From the NCBI GenBank assembly GCA_964016885.1, contig OZ024742.1, positions 10,850,001 through 10,914,000 of the forward strand: a stretch of DNA of 64,000 bases. Reading direction: 5' to 3'. How positions within the stretch are numbered: the first letter of the stretch is position 1; each line of letters starts with the position of its first letter. Of the stretch, positions 13,397 through 27,121 are shown in pieces. This DNA comes from Eledone cirrhosa. Its lineage: Eukaryota. The notes beneath the pieces were generated by a model. That model saw only the letters and a program-made list of their open reading frames with translations. It was not told the origin of the DNA and ran no database searches. The position numbers and the translations under genes were made by a program.

Positions 13397-13447
13397 TTTC
13401 TTTTATACTAGTAAGAAATAGACAGCAGATTCAATCTCACCAAGGAC

Positions 13448-13512
<65 letters not shown>

Positions 13513-13839
13513 TCATCATTATCATTTTATGTCTGCTCTTCCCTGCTAGCAAGGGTGGGACAGGAACTGATTCTGGCTTGATTTCTACAGCTGGATGCCC
13601 TTCCTAACACCAACCTCATATATATATATATATATATATATATTAGGTATAGGATTATCCTGGATGCAGTAATGGTTAATTACTACACTGGATAGAGTGT
13701 GACGTACAGTGAGGGGTTACTCAATGAGTTATGGAAGAATAGTTGAAGAAACTCAGATCCTAATCCATCTGTATTCTGGAGTGTAGATAAAGAATGAATA
13801 ATAACAGGTAGACATCATAAAAAGGTAATTTATTCTGTG

Positions 13840-13951
13840 TGCTTACAAATGTTTCCACGGTGGTTATACAGCCTAGTTATGCTATGTGCAACTTTATAAC
13901 TATTTGCAAAACTCAATTATCAAATGCTGTGACCACTGTATCCTCAGAGCA
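13840..13951 (-). ncRNA. Candidate type-I minimal hammerhead ribozyme in a TA-flanked element (about 13643-13990)
   Basis: Minus strand reads tgct-CTGAGGA-tacagtgg...ccaccgtg-GAAA-catttg-TA-agca. Core is intact, stem I has 4 bp, stem II about 7 bp and stem III 2 bp. Confidence 0.6.
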
Positions 13952-14245
13952 GAATGGTTAAAATGTAAAATGTAAATACCCTTAACTATAACTATATATA
14001 TATATATAGTTATTGTTATCATTATAAATACTTTCTCAAAAGAGTTGCATGCTACCTAAGGTTTCTAATCCTACTATTTCATAGGACATAGAGACACTAT
14101 ATCTGCTACTGTTGCTTATTTTCTAGGTTTGGTATTGCCTGAAAGATAAGTCACACTAGCAGATACACCATCTTTAAGACCTATGCTAAAATAGGGTTTG
14201 GTATTTTAGGTATCATGCAACTGTATTGAATAATTATTTATAATA

Positions 14246-15828
14246 ATGAAATTATTGTGTACAGTGCTCAGGTGCACTACAACTCATCAAAGGTGCATGT
14301 ATAGTACACAGGATAATGTACAAATGTCAGGAAAATGAACAGTGTATGAGTCATGAAATACATGTGTGCATGTGTATGGAGTGGGGACATCAGTTGTAGT
14401 GTTAGCGAATCTCAGGAAGCATGGATGTTTTAAAGGATGCAGTATCTCAACAGCTAACAACTGATGCTGGTAGTTTGTTCCATGGATGTTTTAAAGGATG
14501 CAGTGTCTCAACAGCTAACAACTGATGCAGGTAGTTTGTTCCATGGAGGTTTTAAAGGATGCAGTGTCTCGACAGCTAACAACTGATGCAGGCAGTTTGT
14601 TCCATGGAGGTTTTAAAGGATGCAGTGTCTCGACAGCTAACAACTGATGCTAGTAGTTTGTTCCATGGTGGTTTTAAAGGATGCAGTGTCTCGACAGCTA
14701 ACAACTGATGCTGGTAGTTTGTTCCATGGTGGTTTTAAAGGATGCAGTGTCTCGACAGCTAACAACTGATGCAGGCAGTTTGTTCATGGAGGTTTTAAAG
14801 GATGCAGTGTCTCGACAGCTAACAACTGATGCTGGTAGTTTGTTCCATGGTGGTTTTAAAAGATGCAGTGTCTCGACAGCTAACAACTGATGCTGGTAGT
14901 TTGTTCCATGGTGGTTTTAAAAGATGCAGTGTCTCAACAGCTAACAACTGATGCTGGTAGTTTGTTCCATGGATGTTTTAAAGGATGCAGTGTCTCAACA
15001 GCTAACAACTGATGCAGGTAGTTTGTTCCATGGAGGTTTTAAAGGATGCAGTATCTCGACAACTAACAACTGATGCAGGCAGTTTGTTCCATGGAGGTTT
15101 TAAAGGATGCAGTGTCTCGACAGCTAACAACTGATGCCGGTAGTTGGTTCCATGGAGGTTTTAAAGGATGCAGTGTCTCGACAGCTAACAACTGATGCAG
15201 GTTGTTTGTTCCATGGAGGTTTTAAAGGATGCAGTGCCTGACAGCTAACAACTGATGCCGGTAGTTGGTTCCATGGAGGTTTTAAAGGATGCAGTGTCTC
15301 GACAGCTAACAACTGATGCAGGTTGTTTGTTCCATGGAGGTTTTAAAGGATGCAGTGTCTTGACTGCTAACAACTGATACAGGTAGTTTGTTCCATGGAG
15401 GTTTTAAAGGATGCAGTGTCTCGACAGCTAACAACTGATGCTGGTAGTTTGTTCCATGGAGGTTTTAAAGGATGCAGTGTCTCGACAGCTAACAACTGAT
15501 GCTGGTAGTTTGTTCCATGGAGGTTTTAATAGATGCAGTGTCTCGACAGCTAACAACTGATGCCGGTAGTTTGTTTCATGGAGGTTTTAAAGGATGCAGT
15601 GTCTCGACAGCTAAGAACTGATGCCGGTTGTTTGTTCCATGGAGGTTTTAAAGGATGCAGTGTTTCGACAGCTAACAACTGATGCCGGTAGTTTGTTCCA
15701 TGGAGGTTTTAAAGGATGCAGTGTCTCGACAGCTAAGAACTGATGCCGGTTGTTTGTTCCATGTTTCAGCAACTCTGAGTGTGAAAAAATGTTTCCGAAA
15801 GTCGTGGGAGCTGTGCTGTTTTATAATA
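14246..15828 (-). mobile_element. CR1/L2-type LINE 3' fragment containing an internal tandem array
   Basis: Both flanks of the 61-bp array are colinear with the single-unit copy at 1-312. Confidence 0.8.
14420..15763. repeat. 61-bp minisatellite, about 22 copies
   Basis: Unit catggaggttttaaaggatgcagtgtctcgacagctaacaactgatgcaggtagtttgttc. Confidence 0.97.
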
Positions 15829-15993
15829 TACTTTAACTCTGTACTTAATATAGAGCACTCTTTTCCTTTGTCTATACTACAGAAACTCTTGACATTATAA
15901 TATAATAATGTATGTATGTAATTTGCAGCTTTCTTAAGTAAACCCAATATATGATCAATAATCTATAATATTTCCTCTTCTTCTGTTTCATAG

Positions 15994-16115
15994 AACCACA
16001 GTTTGTAGCTTCCTTCAATACAAAAGACCAAGTTTTGTTTTTCCTAAGAGAATTGGCTGTAGAATATGGTAATTGTGGGAAAAAAATATATTCCAGAGTT
16101 GCCAGAGTTTGTAAG
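15994..16115 (+). CDS. Sema2a: Semaphorin-2A-like exon 3 (Sema)
   Basis: Acceptor tttcatag, donor gtatgt. (E)PQFVASFNTKDQVLFFLRELAVEYGNCGKKIYSRVARVCK is a hallmark Sema motif. Confidence 0.96.
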
Positions 16116-16367
16116 GTATGTCAATTATAATTTATTAAGCCATCCCACAAATAAGGTTTTTTTTTTCAATTGCATGTAATAAAAGTAAGAGGAGGGGGGG
16201 GGGGGGGATAAACAACTACATAAACTTGATATAAAAGCAGGTATTACATTCACCTTGATCTCATTCTTAGTGTAAACTTTGAAAAGTACATTTTATCTTA
16301 ATTTTTGGAAATAAAAGAAATATTAAAAAATACTACATTATTTATGGGATACCCTAATACTATAGAG

Positions 16368-16801
16368 CAGGGGTCAGCACCTTCTTTGATCCACGGACCG
16401 GATGAAGGTCATAAAAGAATAATTATGGAAAATTACACAAGCTAAAATTTAATCACGAGTGTTGACTATACTTTAAAATAATTTGTATTAACCACAGATG
16501 AATGTAATAATGGAAAAACATTGTTTAATTGAAGACATCATTGGAATTATTTGCTTAAAAAAATCTTAAAAATACATAACAGCCAAAAACTTGTCATTTG
16601 TTGCTTGAAAGATTCTCAATATTAGGCTTCAAACATGAGCAAGATATCTCGTCTCTCATATTAAAATAAATTTAAATTGTAAATAAATAACTCATTGGGC
16701 ATCAGTTCTCGTGGGCTAGTCAAAATCCCTTCGTGGGCTAGTCAAAATCCCTTCGTGGGCTAGTCAAAACCCCTTCGCGGGCCATAGGTTGCCAACCCCT
16801 G
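16368..16801. mobile_element. hAT (Charlie-like) MITE
   Basis: TIR CAGGGGT...ACCCCTG with a perfect 8-bp TSD ctatagag at 16360-16367 and 16802-16809. Contains a triplicated 22-bp subterminal unit. Confidence 0.88.
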
Positions 16802-16902
16802 CTATAGAGCATGTGAATACGTCATTGCTGTTGTTTACCCTAAGCCAGCTTTAATTGAACTGTAATGAAATACTTGGTAGATTTAACCATCCTGTCATAT
16901 AT

Positions 16903-17832
16903 TTCTGTCATACCACTATATTTACAATGGTATATACCATTCTGTCATACCACTATATCTACAATGGTATATACCATTCTGTCATACCACTATATTTACA
17001 ATGGTATATACCATTCTGTCATACCACTATATCTACAATGGTATATACCATTCTGTCATACCACTATATCTACAATGGTATATACCATTCTGTCATACCA
17101 CTATATTTACAATGGTATATACCATTCTGTCATACCACTATATTTACAATGGTATATACCATTCTGTCATACCACTATATCTACAATGGTATATACCATT
17201 CTGTCATACCACTATATTTACAATGGTATATACCATTCTGACATACCACTATATTTACAATGGTATATACCATTCTGTCATACCACTATATTTACAATGG
17301 TATATACCATTCTGTCATACCACTATATCTACAATGGTATATACCATTCTGACATACCACTATATCTACAATGGTATATACCATTCTGTCATACCACTAT
17401 ATTTACAATGGTATATACCATTCTGTCATACCACTATATTTACAATGGTATATACCATTCTGACATACCACTATATCTACAATGGTATATACCATTCTGA
17501 CATACCACTATATCTACAATGGTATATACCATTCTGTCATACCACTATATTTACAATGGTATATACCATTCTGTCATACCACTATATCTACAATGGTATA
17601 TACCATTCTGACATACCACTATATCTACAATGGTATATACCATTCTGTCATACCACTATATTTACAATGGTATATACCATTCTGTCATACCACTATATTT
17701 ACAATGGTATATACCATTCTGACATACCACTATATCTACAATGGTATATACCATTCTGTCATACCACTATATTTACAATGGTATATACCATTCTGACATA
17801 CCACTATATTTACAATGGTATATATACCATTC
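16903..17832. repeat. 37-bp minisatellite, about 25 copies
   Basis: Unit ttctgtcataccactatatYtacaatggtatatacca. Confidence 0.97.
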
Positions 17833-17984
17833 TCTTGTATTTTGTAGTTTGAATGAAAGTATTGAGTCTCAATTGTCTGTTCAGTATTCATTGTTGTTGT
17901 TGTAGCTCACTTATGCAGGTTTAGCTGGCCTCTTCCAAGGTATATCTCGTTAAAGGTGTCTTGGGTGATTTAATGATAGGGACC

Positions 17985-18142
17985 CCAATCCTATCATCTC
18001 ATTTCTACAGCTGAGTAAACTGGAGCAATGTGAAATAAAGTGCTTTGCTCAAGGAAACAACACATCACCCGGTCTGAGAATTGAACTCACAACCTTTCCA
18101 TTGCAAGCCCAATGCTCTAACCACTAAGCCATGTGCCTTCAC
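17985..18142 (-). mobile_element. tRNA-headed SINE (family A)
   Basis: Minus strand tggcttagtggttagagc (A box) and gagttcaattc (B box). Copies near 12770, 27122, 27921 and 41340. Confidence 0.75.
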
Positions 18143-18399
18143 TTCAGTATTCATTAGTATCGATTGAATAACAATTGTTGTGTAGACATAGATGAGCCCT
18201 GATGGTGCAAACCTCTGCTTAGTAATTTTGTTACTTCTTACTGTGTCCACAAGAATGTCAGCTACAAAGCTTGGCTAGATGTCGTTCCACATTGCTTTCC
18301 TTTCTCATTAAACTCTGCCAAGTCCAATGCTGTGGAGGGGGCATATCAGGAGGAGCTTTTTGTTACTGTAATTCTAAGAAAAGATACTGCCAGTGTAAA

Positions 18400-18585
18400 T
18401 AATTGTTTCTACTTTAGGCACAAGGCCAGCATTTACCCAGTGCATTACTGGTACTTTATTTTATCGACCCTGTAAGAATGAAAGACAAAGCTAACCTCAG
18501 CAGGATTTGAACTCAGAATGTAAAGAGTTGTATCTCTGCCATAGCATGTTGTCCGATCTTCTACCGATTCTGCCAATCCACTGCG
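18400..18585 (-). mobile_element. tRNA-headed SINE (family B)
   Basis: Homologous to 43149-43342. Confidence 0.7.
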
Positions 18586-19373
18586 CTAAATTTGAAAACA
18601 ATAATGAAAAATGTCTATATGAATGTTTATAAATAACTTTTTCCTTAATAAGTTGATTTTAAACATTTAAAATTATGCTGAGCAGATTTACATCATAAAA
18701 CCAGGAAGACAGAGCAATGAACTTACATGAAGATAAATATAAATTCTGAAGGCCTATATACACACACACACACACACATCTGTGTAGATAGATAGATTTG
18801 TGTGTGATGCATATATATTCACACATGCATAATCTCACAAATCTCATAGAAACAAACTTACACATTGTTTTGTTGTTTTTTGTTTTGTTGTTGTAGTTGT
18901 TGTGGTAGTTATTTTTGTTGTAGTAGTCATTGTTGTGGTAATTATTTTTGTTGTAGTAGTCGTTGGTGTGGTAGTTATTTTTGTTGTAGTTGTTCAAAGC
19001 TTCCACCTAAACTATCCATGGCCGTGTGTTTATATTGAACAGAGCCACATCACATGTTGATGATAAATCAAGCCAAATTACCAAAATTACCACAAGTCTC
19101 TATACCATATGTTTCAACTTGTTTACTGAAAATTTGTATCCATATAAATGTTGTTTGGGGAAGGAATTTACGACTGTGTGTGTGTGTGTGTGTGTGTTTG
19201 CGTGTGTGTGTGTGTCCTATGTGTGTGTGTGTGTGTAGATGATTTTCCTTACACAACCCCACCAAACTTCATACAATAAGCCTAAACTAGCCAAATTCCA
19301 ACATACAAAATTCAATTACCCATGTGTGTGTGTGTGTGTGTATATATATATACACACATATCTATCTAGATGG

Positions 19374-19444
<71 letters not shown>

Positions 19445-19498
19445 CATACGATGGGTATATATATATATATACACACACATATTTATCTATATGTATAC

Positions 19499-19543
<45 letters not shown>

Positions 19544-20054
19544 TATTTATCTATATGTATACGTGTGTGTATGTACATGAATGCAATAGTGTATTTGTAA
19601 CATCATTTCCAATGTACTACAATAACCTCTTCTAGAATTTATAACCTGAAATAATTATGGTCATTCCACTCCCTTCGGTGTGTCGAGGGGGGTTGAGGCA
19701 GGGTGTGAGGGGGGTGGGGCCGGGTGTCGGCCTGTGTGGAGTATGGCAGGGTATTGTGATGTCGGGGTGTTGGCAATAATCAATTTTCCTGTTTCACATA
19801 AGCAATGTCAAAACCTGTTTATGTCTCAAAAGAAGACGCCATCAGATTGTGGCAAATATGTATTACAATTCCACAGAATATATATATAGATATATGTATA
19901 TATATATATATATGCATGTGTGTGGGTGTGTATGTGTATATGTGTATATATATATATAGATAGATAGATATATGCATGTGTGTGAGAGTATGTATGTTTT
20001 TTCATTCGTTCGTTTAATGTCTATCTTCCATGCTAGCATGGGTTAGACTATATA

Positions 20055-20085
<31 letters not shown>

Positions 20086-20338
20086 GCCTGTGTATGGGTG
20101 TATATATATATATTTATATATATGTGCATGTGTATGTATATATATATATATATGCATGTGTATGTATATAGATATATGCATGTGTATGTATATACAGATA
20201 GATATATGCATGTGTGTGTATATATATATATGTATATATATATGTGTGCATGTGTGTATGTACACACACACACATAAATGATGATGGAGATGATGATATA
20301 CATATGTATTGATATGTATATATGTGTGTGTGTGTGTG

Positions 20339-20379
<41 letters not shown>

Positions 20380-21529
20380 GTTCTGGAAACTATCCAGCCT
20401 ATTGACATGTACACCTCCTCCCCCACACCTACAGCCTATTGACATGTACACCTCCTCCACCACACCTACAGCCTGTCACTTATTTTTTATTTCATTTTAT
20501 TTTTATTTTTCTTCATATATTGTTGTTGTTATTGGTGTTGCAGACTCATTGTTTCTATTACTAGTGTTGTTGTTGTTGTTGTTGTGTCTGCTGCTGTTAC
20601 CATAGTTTGTGTTGTTGTTGTTGTCTGCTGCTGTTACCATAGTTTGTGTTGCTGTAGAAGTTATTGCTACAGTAGTTATTGTAGTAGTATATGTAGTAGT
20701 AGTGGTAGTAGCGGTGGTAGTAGTAGTAGTGTATTAATAGATTGTCAGTTCCATGTAAAAGGGGTGCCAGCAGAGTTGTCAGTCACGACTTTTAGGCAAA
20801 TAAGCTGTCATTGAAGGGTTTACCTACATATCACCCAGCCCAGCCCTCCTCTTACATGTTAGTTCTACTATTGCATGTTCAACAAGTATTTTCTATTGTT
20901 AACTACTAATGGTAGAAAGATGTGAAATGTCCTAGGTTCTCCTGTGTCTGGACATCTGTGTGTGGTAGAAAGATATGAGTTCCCATGGGTTCTCATGAGA
21001 TTTCACATGTGTGTGTGGTAGAAAGATGCGAGTTCTCATGTGTTCTAATGAGATTTCACATCTGTGTTCTGTTTAGAATTGATACTCTCTGAACAACAAG
21101 GTATGAATGAGATGAGAGAATATCTGGTATATGAGGTATCTGATGGGTGTTAGGAAGTGCATCCAGCTGTAGACATCTTGCCAAACAAAGGGTTGGGAGG
21201 GCAGGGCCCTCAGTTGTATCAAAGACATGACAACCTCTCCCGTGTACTAGAGAGAATGTAAGACCATACATAATTGAGATGAAGTATCCCTTTCTCTTAA
21301 GATATGTTTAACTAAATATACCTGTACAGTTGTTGATAGGAAGGGGAGTGTGTGACAAGGCTTTAAATTACAGGTACAACTATGTAAACTGGAGTTATGT
21401 GAAATTAAATAAAATACATGACCGAGAATTGAACTGTTGACTAAATGATTGAACCAAAACTCCCCAACCACTAAGCCATGCACTTTCACACATGTACACA
21501 TACAATTGTTCTATATACTAACCAAACTA

Positions 21530-22206
21530 TCCTCCCACCACTACCACTACAACCACCACCACTGCAACTAACACCACTATAACCACTGCAATCACCACCA
21601 CAGCCACCACCACCACTGCCACTACAATCACGATTGCAACCACCACTACCACTGCAACTACCACTACCACTGCAACTATCACCACTACTGCAATCACCAC
21701 CAAACCTAACACCACCACCACTGCTACCACCACCATCACAACCACCACTGCTACCACCACCACCACTACCACCACCATTGCTACCACCACCACTACCACC
21801 ACCACCACCACTACCACCACCACCACCACTGCTACCACCACCACTACCACCACAACCACCACTGCTACCACCACCACCACCACCACCACCACTGCTACCA
21901 CCACCACTACCACCACAACCACCACTGCTACCACCACCACCACCACCACCACCACCACCACCACCACCACCACCACCACTACTACCACCACCACTACCAC
22001 CACAACCACCACTGCTACCACCACCATCACAACCACCACTGCTACCACCACCACCACTACCACCACCACCACCACCACCACCACTACCACCACCACCACC
22101 ACTGCTACCACCACCACCACCACCACCACTACCACCACAACCACCACTGCTACCACCACCACCACCACCACCACTACCACCACCACCACCACTACCACCA
22201 CCACAA
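21530..22206. repeat. Cryptic (CCA/CTA)n trinucleotide repeat
   Basis: Low-complexity tract producing spurious poly-P and poly-V ORFs. Confidence 0.95.
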
Positions 22207-22675
22207 CTCTCCCTTTTCTCTCTCTCTGTGGAGTATCAAGTACTGAATGTTGTGGTGTCAGGTGACTAGATTGTCAAAGCAGATTACTAAAATGGTTGAT
22301 ATTTACATGAGAAGCCCCCACCCACCTGACAACATCAACTGTGGGGGGTGAATTGAAAGAATCAAACCCTTTAGGGGAATAAAATGCCTGTGGTATTTAG
22401 TTACTGGCTTTTAAAGTCCTGAGTTGAAACTGGATGTCACTTGTAGCTGTGTTCCAGGGTTAATACTACTATAAGAATGGTGGTGAATTGTGATGGCAGT
22501 TGTAAGAGTTTTACAGTAAAAATAGCCCAGAATATGTTCTGGTCCACTGTGTTCTCAGTTCAAATCTCACCTGGGTCAACTTTGATTGTCATCCTTTTAA
22601 ATTCCTAAATCTTCCATATAACAACACTACCTTAATAACACACACACACATATATCATCATCATCTTCGTTTAAC

Positions 22676-22853
22676 GTCTATCTTCCACCCTAGCATGGGT
22701 TAGATGGGAATTGTCCCACTTGAGGCAAGATTGGTCGTGTGACCGTGTCTCACTCGTATGCCCTACCAATCTTGCCTCAAGTGAGCCAATTCCCATCTAC
22801 CCATGCTAGCATGGAAGATAGACGCTAGCATGGGTTAGACAGGAATTGTCCCA
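22676..22853. repeat. Inverted duplication of a retroposon 3' end
   Basis: Arms of about 60 bp at 22676-22736 and 22765-22822, plus a third direct partial copy. Confidence 0.8.
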
Positions 22854-24130
22854 CTATATATATATATGTAAATATATGAGTATATGTATCTATATGTATA
22901 TACACTTATATGAGCCAAAGTGAGAATCACTAGCCAGTTCAAGGAAATGTCTCTCAAATTATTCCACATCTGCAAGAACACATTAGATAATGTACTCCTT
23001 GAAACACTTACTATATCTATAAAAGGAAGAAAGCCTGGTGAGAGTTAACCACCAACAACACCACCTTGATTCTTCTTCTATACTCTCTCATAAATTCTCC
23101 ACTCTTTACTATTTCCCACCCCACTCCCACCCTACAAAACACTTATTTTCCTTCTCTCTCTCTCTCAACCATTCCCTCTTGCACAGCTCTGACACTCACA
23201 CACAAATTGCATATAAGTCTTTTCCCCTTCTCTTTAACCACAAACATACACTACACACATATATATGCATGTTCACCAGCAGGCATATATATATAATGTA
23301 TACACAGGTATATACATACATAATATATACATATATTGCATATATATATATATAATACATGCAATACATACATACTTCAGTATTATATATACAAAAAATA
23401 CCTCACCCAAATGATGCGTATATATATATATATATATATAATACACACATGATATACATATAATATAATACATTCATACAACACTTACAAACTTCAATCA
23501 TATATATACAAAATATACTTTACCCAAGTGATGCATATATATAACACTCATACACACATACATACTATCATAATACATACATACATACATACACTCATAA
23601 TACATACATACACACGATAAATACACTAATACATACATACATACATATAATACTTACATATATACATTCATATATACACACACACTTCAGTTATATATAC
23701 ATACACACAATACATAAAATACTTACATATATACACACACTTCAGTTATATATACATACATACAATACTTACATATATACATTCATATATACACACACAC
23801 TTCAGTTATATATACATACACACCATACATAAAATACTTACATATATACATTCATATATACACACACTTCAGTTATATACACATACAAAACTATGTTGCC
23901 CAACTGATGCATATAACTGCAGAATAACCTTGAATTGGTTTTGGAGGCTTTTCATAAACTGAATACATTATATCTAATTGCAGCGGACAGAGAAGCTGCA
24001 ATCAGATGCATAATACGCAACAAAGTGCATCTCCTGCCAATAATGGATTCTCTTTCAGACATATTCAGTGATTCCCATTCTTTGTACAATCCTTTCTTGC
24101 TGTTGAGGTGACAAACTTCAATCTCATTGT

Positions 24131-24972
24131 TTCTATGAGAGCTCCGAAGCCTCCCAAATGGAAGTCCCTTTATGTGGTCACTCTATTTACTAGAAATAGC
24201 AGTCAAATTTTCTATGAGAGCTCCGAACCCTCCCAAATGGAAGTCCCTTTATGTGGTCACACCATTTACTAGAAATAGCAGTCAAATTTTCTAAGAGATC
24301 CGAAGCCTCCCAAATGGAAGCCCCTTTATGTGGTCACTCCATTTACTAGAAATAGCAGTCAAATTTTCTAAGAGATCCGAAGCCTCCCAAATGGAAGCCC
24401 CTTTATGTGGTCACACCATTTACTAGAAATAGCAGTCAAATTTTCTAAGAGATCCGAAGCCTCCCAAATGGAAGCCCCTTTATGTGGTCACACCATTTAC
24501 TAGAAATAGCAGTCAAATTTTCTATGAGAGCTCCGAAGCCTCCCAAATGGAAGCCCCTTTATGTGGTCACTCCATTTACTAGAAATAGCAGTCACATTTT
24601 CTATGAGAGCTCCGAAGCCTCCCAAATGGAAGCCCCTTTATGTGGTCACTCCATTTACTAGAAATAGCAGTCAAATTTTTTAAGAGATCCGAAGCCCCTT
24701 TATGTGGTCATTCCATTTACTAGAAATAGCAGTCAAATTTTCTAAGAGATCCGAAGCCTCACAAATGGAAGTCCCTTTATGTGGTCACTCCATTTACTAG
24801 AAATAGCAGTCAAATTTTCTAAGAGATCCGAAGCCTCACAAATGGAAGTCTCTTTATGTGGTCACTCCATTTACTAGAAATAGCAGTCAAATTTTCTATG
24901 AGAGCTCAGAAGCCTCACAAATGGAAGCCCCTTTATGTGGTCACTCCATTTACTAGAAATAGCAGTCAAATC
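24131..24972. repeat. 77-79-bp minisatellite, about 11 copies
   Basis: Unit ccgaagcctcccaaatggaagcccctttatgtggtcactccatttactagaaatagcagtcaaattttcta(t)gag. Confidence 0.95.
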
Positions 24973-25039
24973 TCTCTTTAATCACACCAGACCCTTTAAA
25001 CTCTTAACATCGAATAATGATTTTTGTGAAGAATCATCT

Positions 25040-25375
25040 TTGTTCTATGCTTGCATGGGTTGGACAGGTCCTTCTCAGCACAGCATCTCTACTTGTTACG
25101 ATCCTTTGTCATCTCCTCTGTGAATGTCAGTGATTTGGAGCTAGCTCTCACAACCTCTGCTCAGGTCTTTCTTGATCTACCTCTATCATGGCTTCCTTCC
25201 ACTGGCATTTCCTGGCACTTCTTCACCCAAAGATCATTGCCTATGCATATTACATGTCCATACCAATGCAGTATTCTCTTCTGCACACCACTTTGGATTC
25301 CGCTTAAACCCAGTTTCTCCCTCAACCTGTCCAAGCTCTGACTTTCTCTCACACTTACATTCCACATCCAACAGA
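25040..25375 (-). mobile_element. Older RTE-clade LINE fragment
   Basis: LDRLREKLGLSGIQSGVQKRILHWYGHVICIGNDLWVKKCQEMPVEG. Confidence 0.8.
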
Positions 25376-26575
25376 ACACAAATATTTGTTTATTAATTCA
25401 AGGTTTTATAGTATCTTTATTAGTGGACTGATTGTTGTGAAAATTTACAATAAACTAAAATAAAGAGCTAACCTTTTTAGTGTGTTGCAGTCATAGAGCT
25501 GTTTGGTACTTTTCAAGGCTTGATAAAAAAAGTACTAGTCTAATACTGGGGTCGATTCTTCCTCTATATCTCTTTCCCACTATCCTCCTCTTGAAAAATT
25601 TGCTGTAGTCAGAACTAGAGAGGAGATGGGCTCCGGGAGGTTTAAAAAGAAAATTCCCTTGAAACACTGTATGTCAATATGATGCCCCCACAACTCCCTC
25701 AGGAGATACATGTCCATACATCCTACACCACTAATACCTCACTCCAACCCCCTACAGATAGCAGCTAGATTGAAACCTTGTACTTATCTCGTAAATCATG
25801 TACGTAAATGTTTTATAACATTTAATTCTATTTCTTGTAAGTTTAGAGTTCAAATTACATTGAGACAGAGCTGAGGATCAACTTTGATGTTCACCTTTCT
25901 GAACTATGCTTCAAATAGTCTGTTGAACTTTCCCCACCCATACAAATATTTGCCCCTTGTGTCAATGTAAAATCATTATTTACTCAGGTTTTGAGTTCAA
26001 ATTATAGTAGGAGTTAGTTTTGCCTTTCATCCTCCCAGCAAGATAAAAATAGTTAGTACTATTAATAGATCTTTAGTACATTTTAGTACACTGCCTTCTT
26101 TCTATATTGTATCTTTTGACACTATATGCTGAGTTATAACCTTCATTATAAAACAAAACTGGTGTAGATCCTTGTCAAAGAAAAAAAGCTTATAAATAGA
26201 AGCAAGCATATATGTGTCTAACTATATATGTATAGCTTAATATTCTCTGTATTAACCCCTTTGTTACCATATTTCTAATGAGATAGTGTACTTGAATAAA
26301 TTAATGAAGAATCTTGAGGGATTCACAAAAAATATAATTTCATTATTGAGCTGGTGCTTGTAATATAACTGAAGTAGTTTTTATATAAAATTATGTTGGA
26401 AGATTTTCATTTAAATAGGAACCATTTAAAATTGATGGTTTTGTCTCATAAATCCAAAGACTATTTTGGGTAGGTTAATATCAAAAGTATCTTAACTCAT
26501 CTAACTACCTTAATGGGATTTGAACTTGCATATTTGTGAAAATATTAAACAGAAACAGTATTAGTTATTGATTAA

Positions 26576-26773
26576 CCCTTTAGCATTTACATTACTCTAT
26601 ATATATTATTATATTTTCATGGTAAAGGCTTTACCTCACATAATATTGAATCTATGAGATTTTGATATTATTTATTTTGAGAACAATATCTTAACATCAG
26701 TATGAGTGGCCAGCTTGAACAGAAAGAGGTGAGAGAATTCTGGTTGGATATGGCCAGTTTGTATGCTAAGGGG
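26576..26773. mobile_element. piggyBac-like TTAA MITE
   Basis: TTAA-CCCTTTAGCAT...ATGCTAAGGGG-TTAA. A second, degenerate copy lies at about 46041-46230. Confidence 0.7.
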
Positions 26774-26935
26774 TTAATATAGATTTTTCCCTCATCACAT
26801 AATTATTTCTAATAAGTATTTTTGATACTCCATGCATTAAATGTTAACAATAAGATTGGACATAACTATAAACAACTTGGCTCCCACAATTCATTAAACA
26901 ACTTGATGACATGATAATTATCTCTTCTTTTATAG

Positions 26936-27044
26936 AATGACCGAGGTGGAGAGCGACTTTTGATAAATGAGTGGTCAACTTATTTAAAAGCCAGGATAAA
27001 CTGTTCTTTACCGGGACAGTATCCATATTATTTTGATGAAATAC
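26936..27044 (+). CDS. Sema2a: Semaphorin-2A-like exon 4 (Sema)
   Basis: Acceptor cttttatag, donor gtaagt. NDRGGERLLINEWSTYLKARINCSLPGQYPYYFDEI carries the W-x-T-Y-L-K-A-R-x-N-C-S motif. Confidence 0.96.
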
Positions 27045-27121
27045 GTAAGTTATTTATTTATTTATTTATTGGTTCAATTGAAGCAGTAAAACATTTTTAC
27101 TCCTCACTAAAATGGATGGTA

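Noticed and set aside
21527-22269. Poly-Pro/poly-Val ORFs (also 41956-42378, 56801-57742, 58325-59071 and the YI/HT/CV ORFs)
   Set aside because: Simple-repeat translations lacking splice or codon support.
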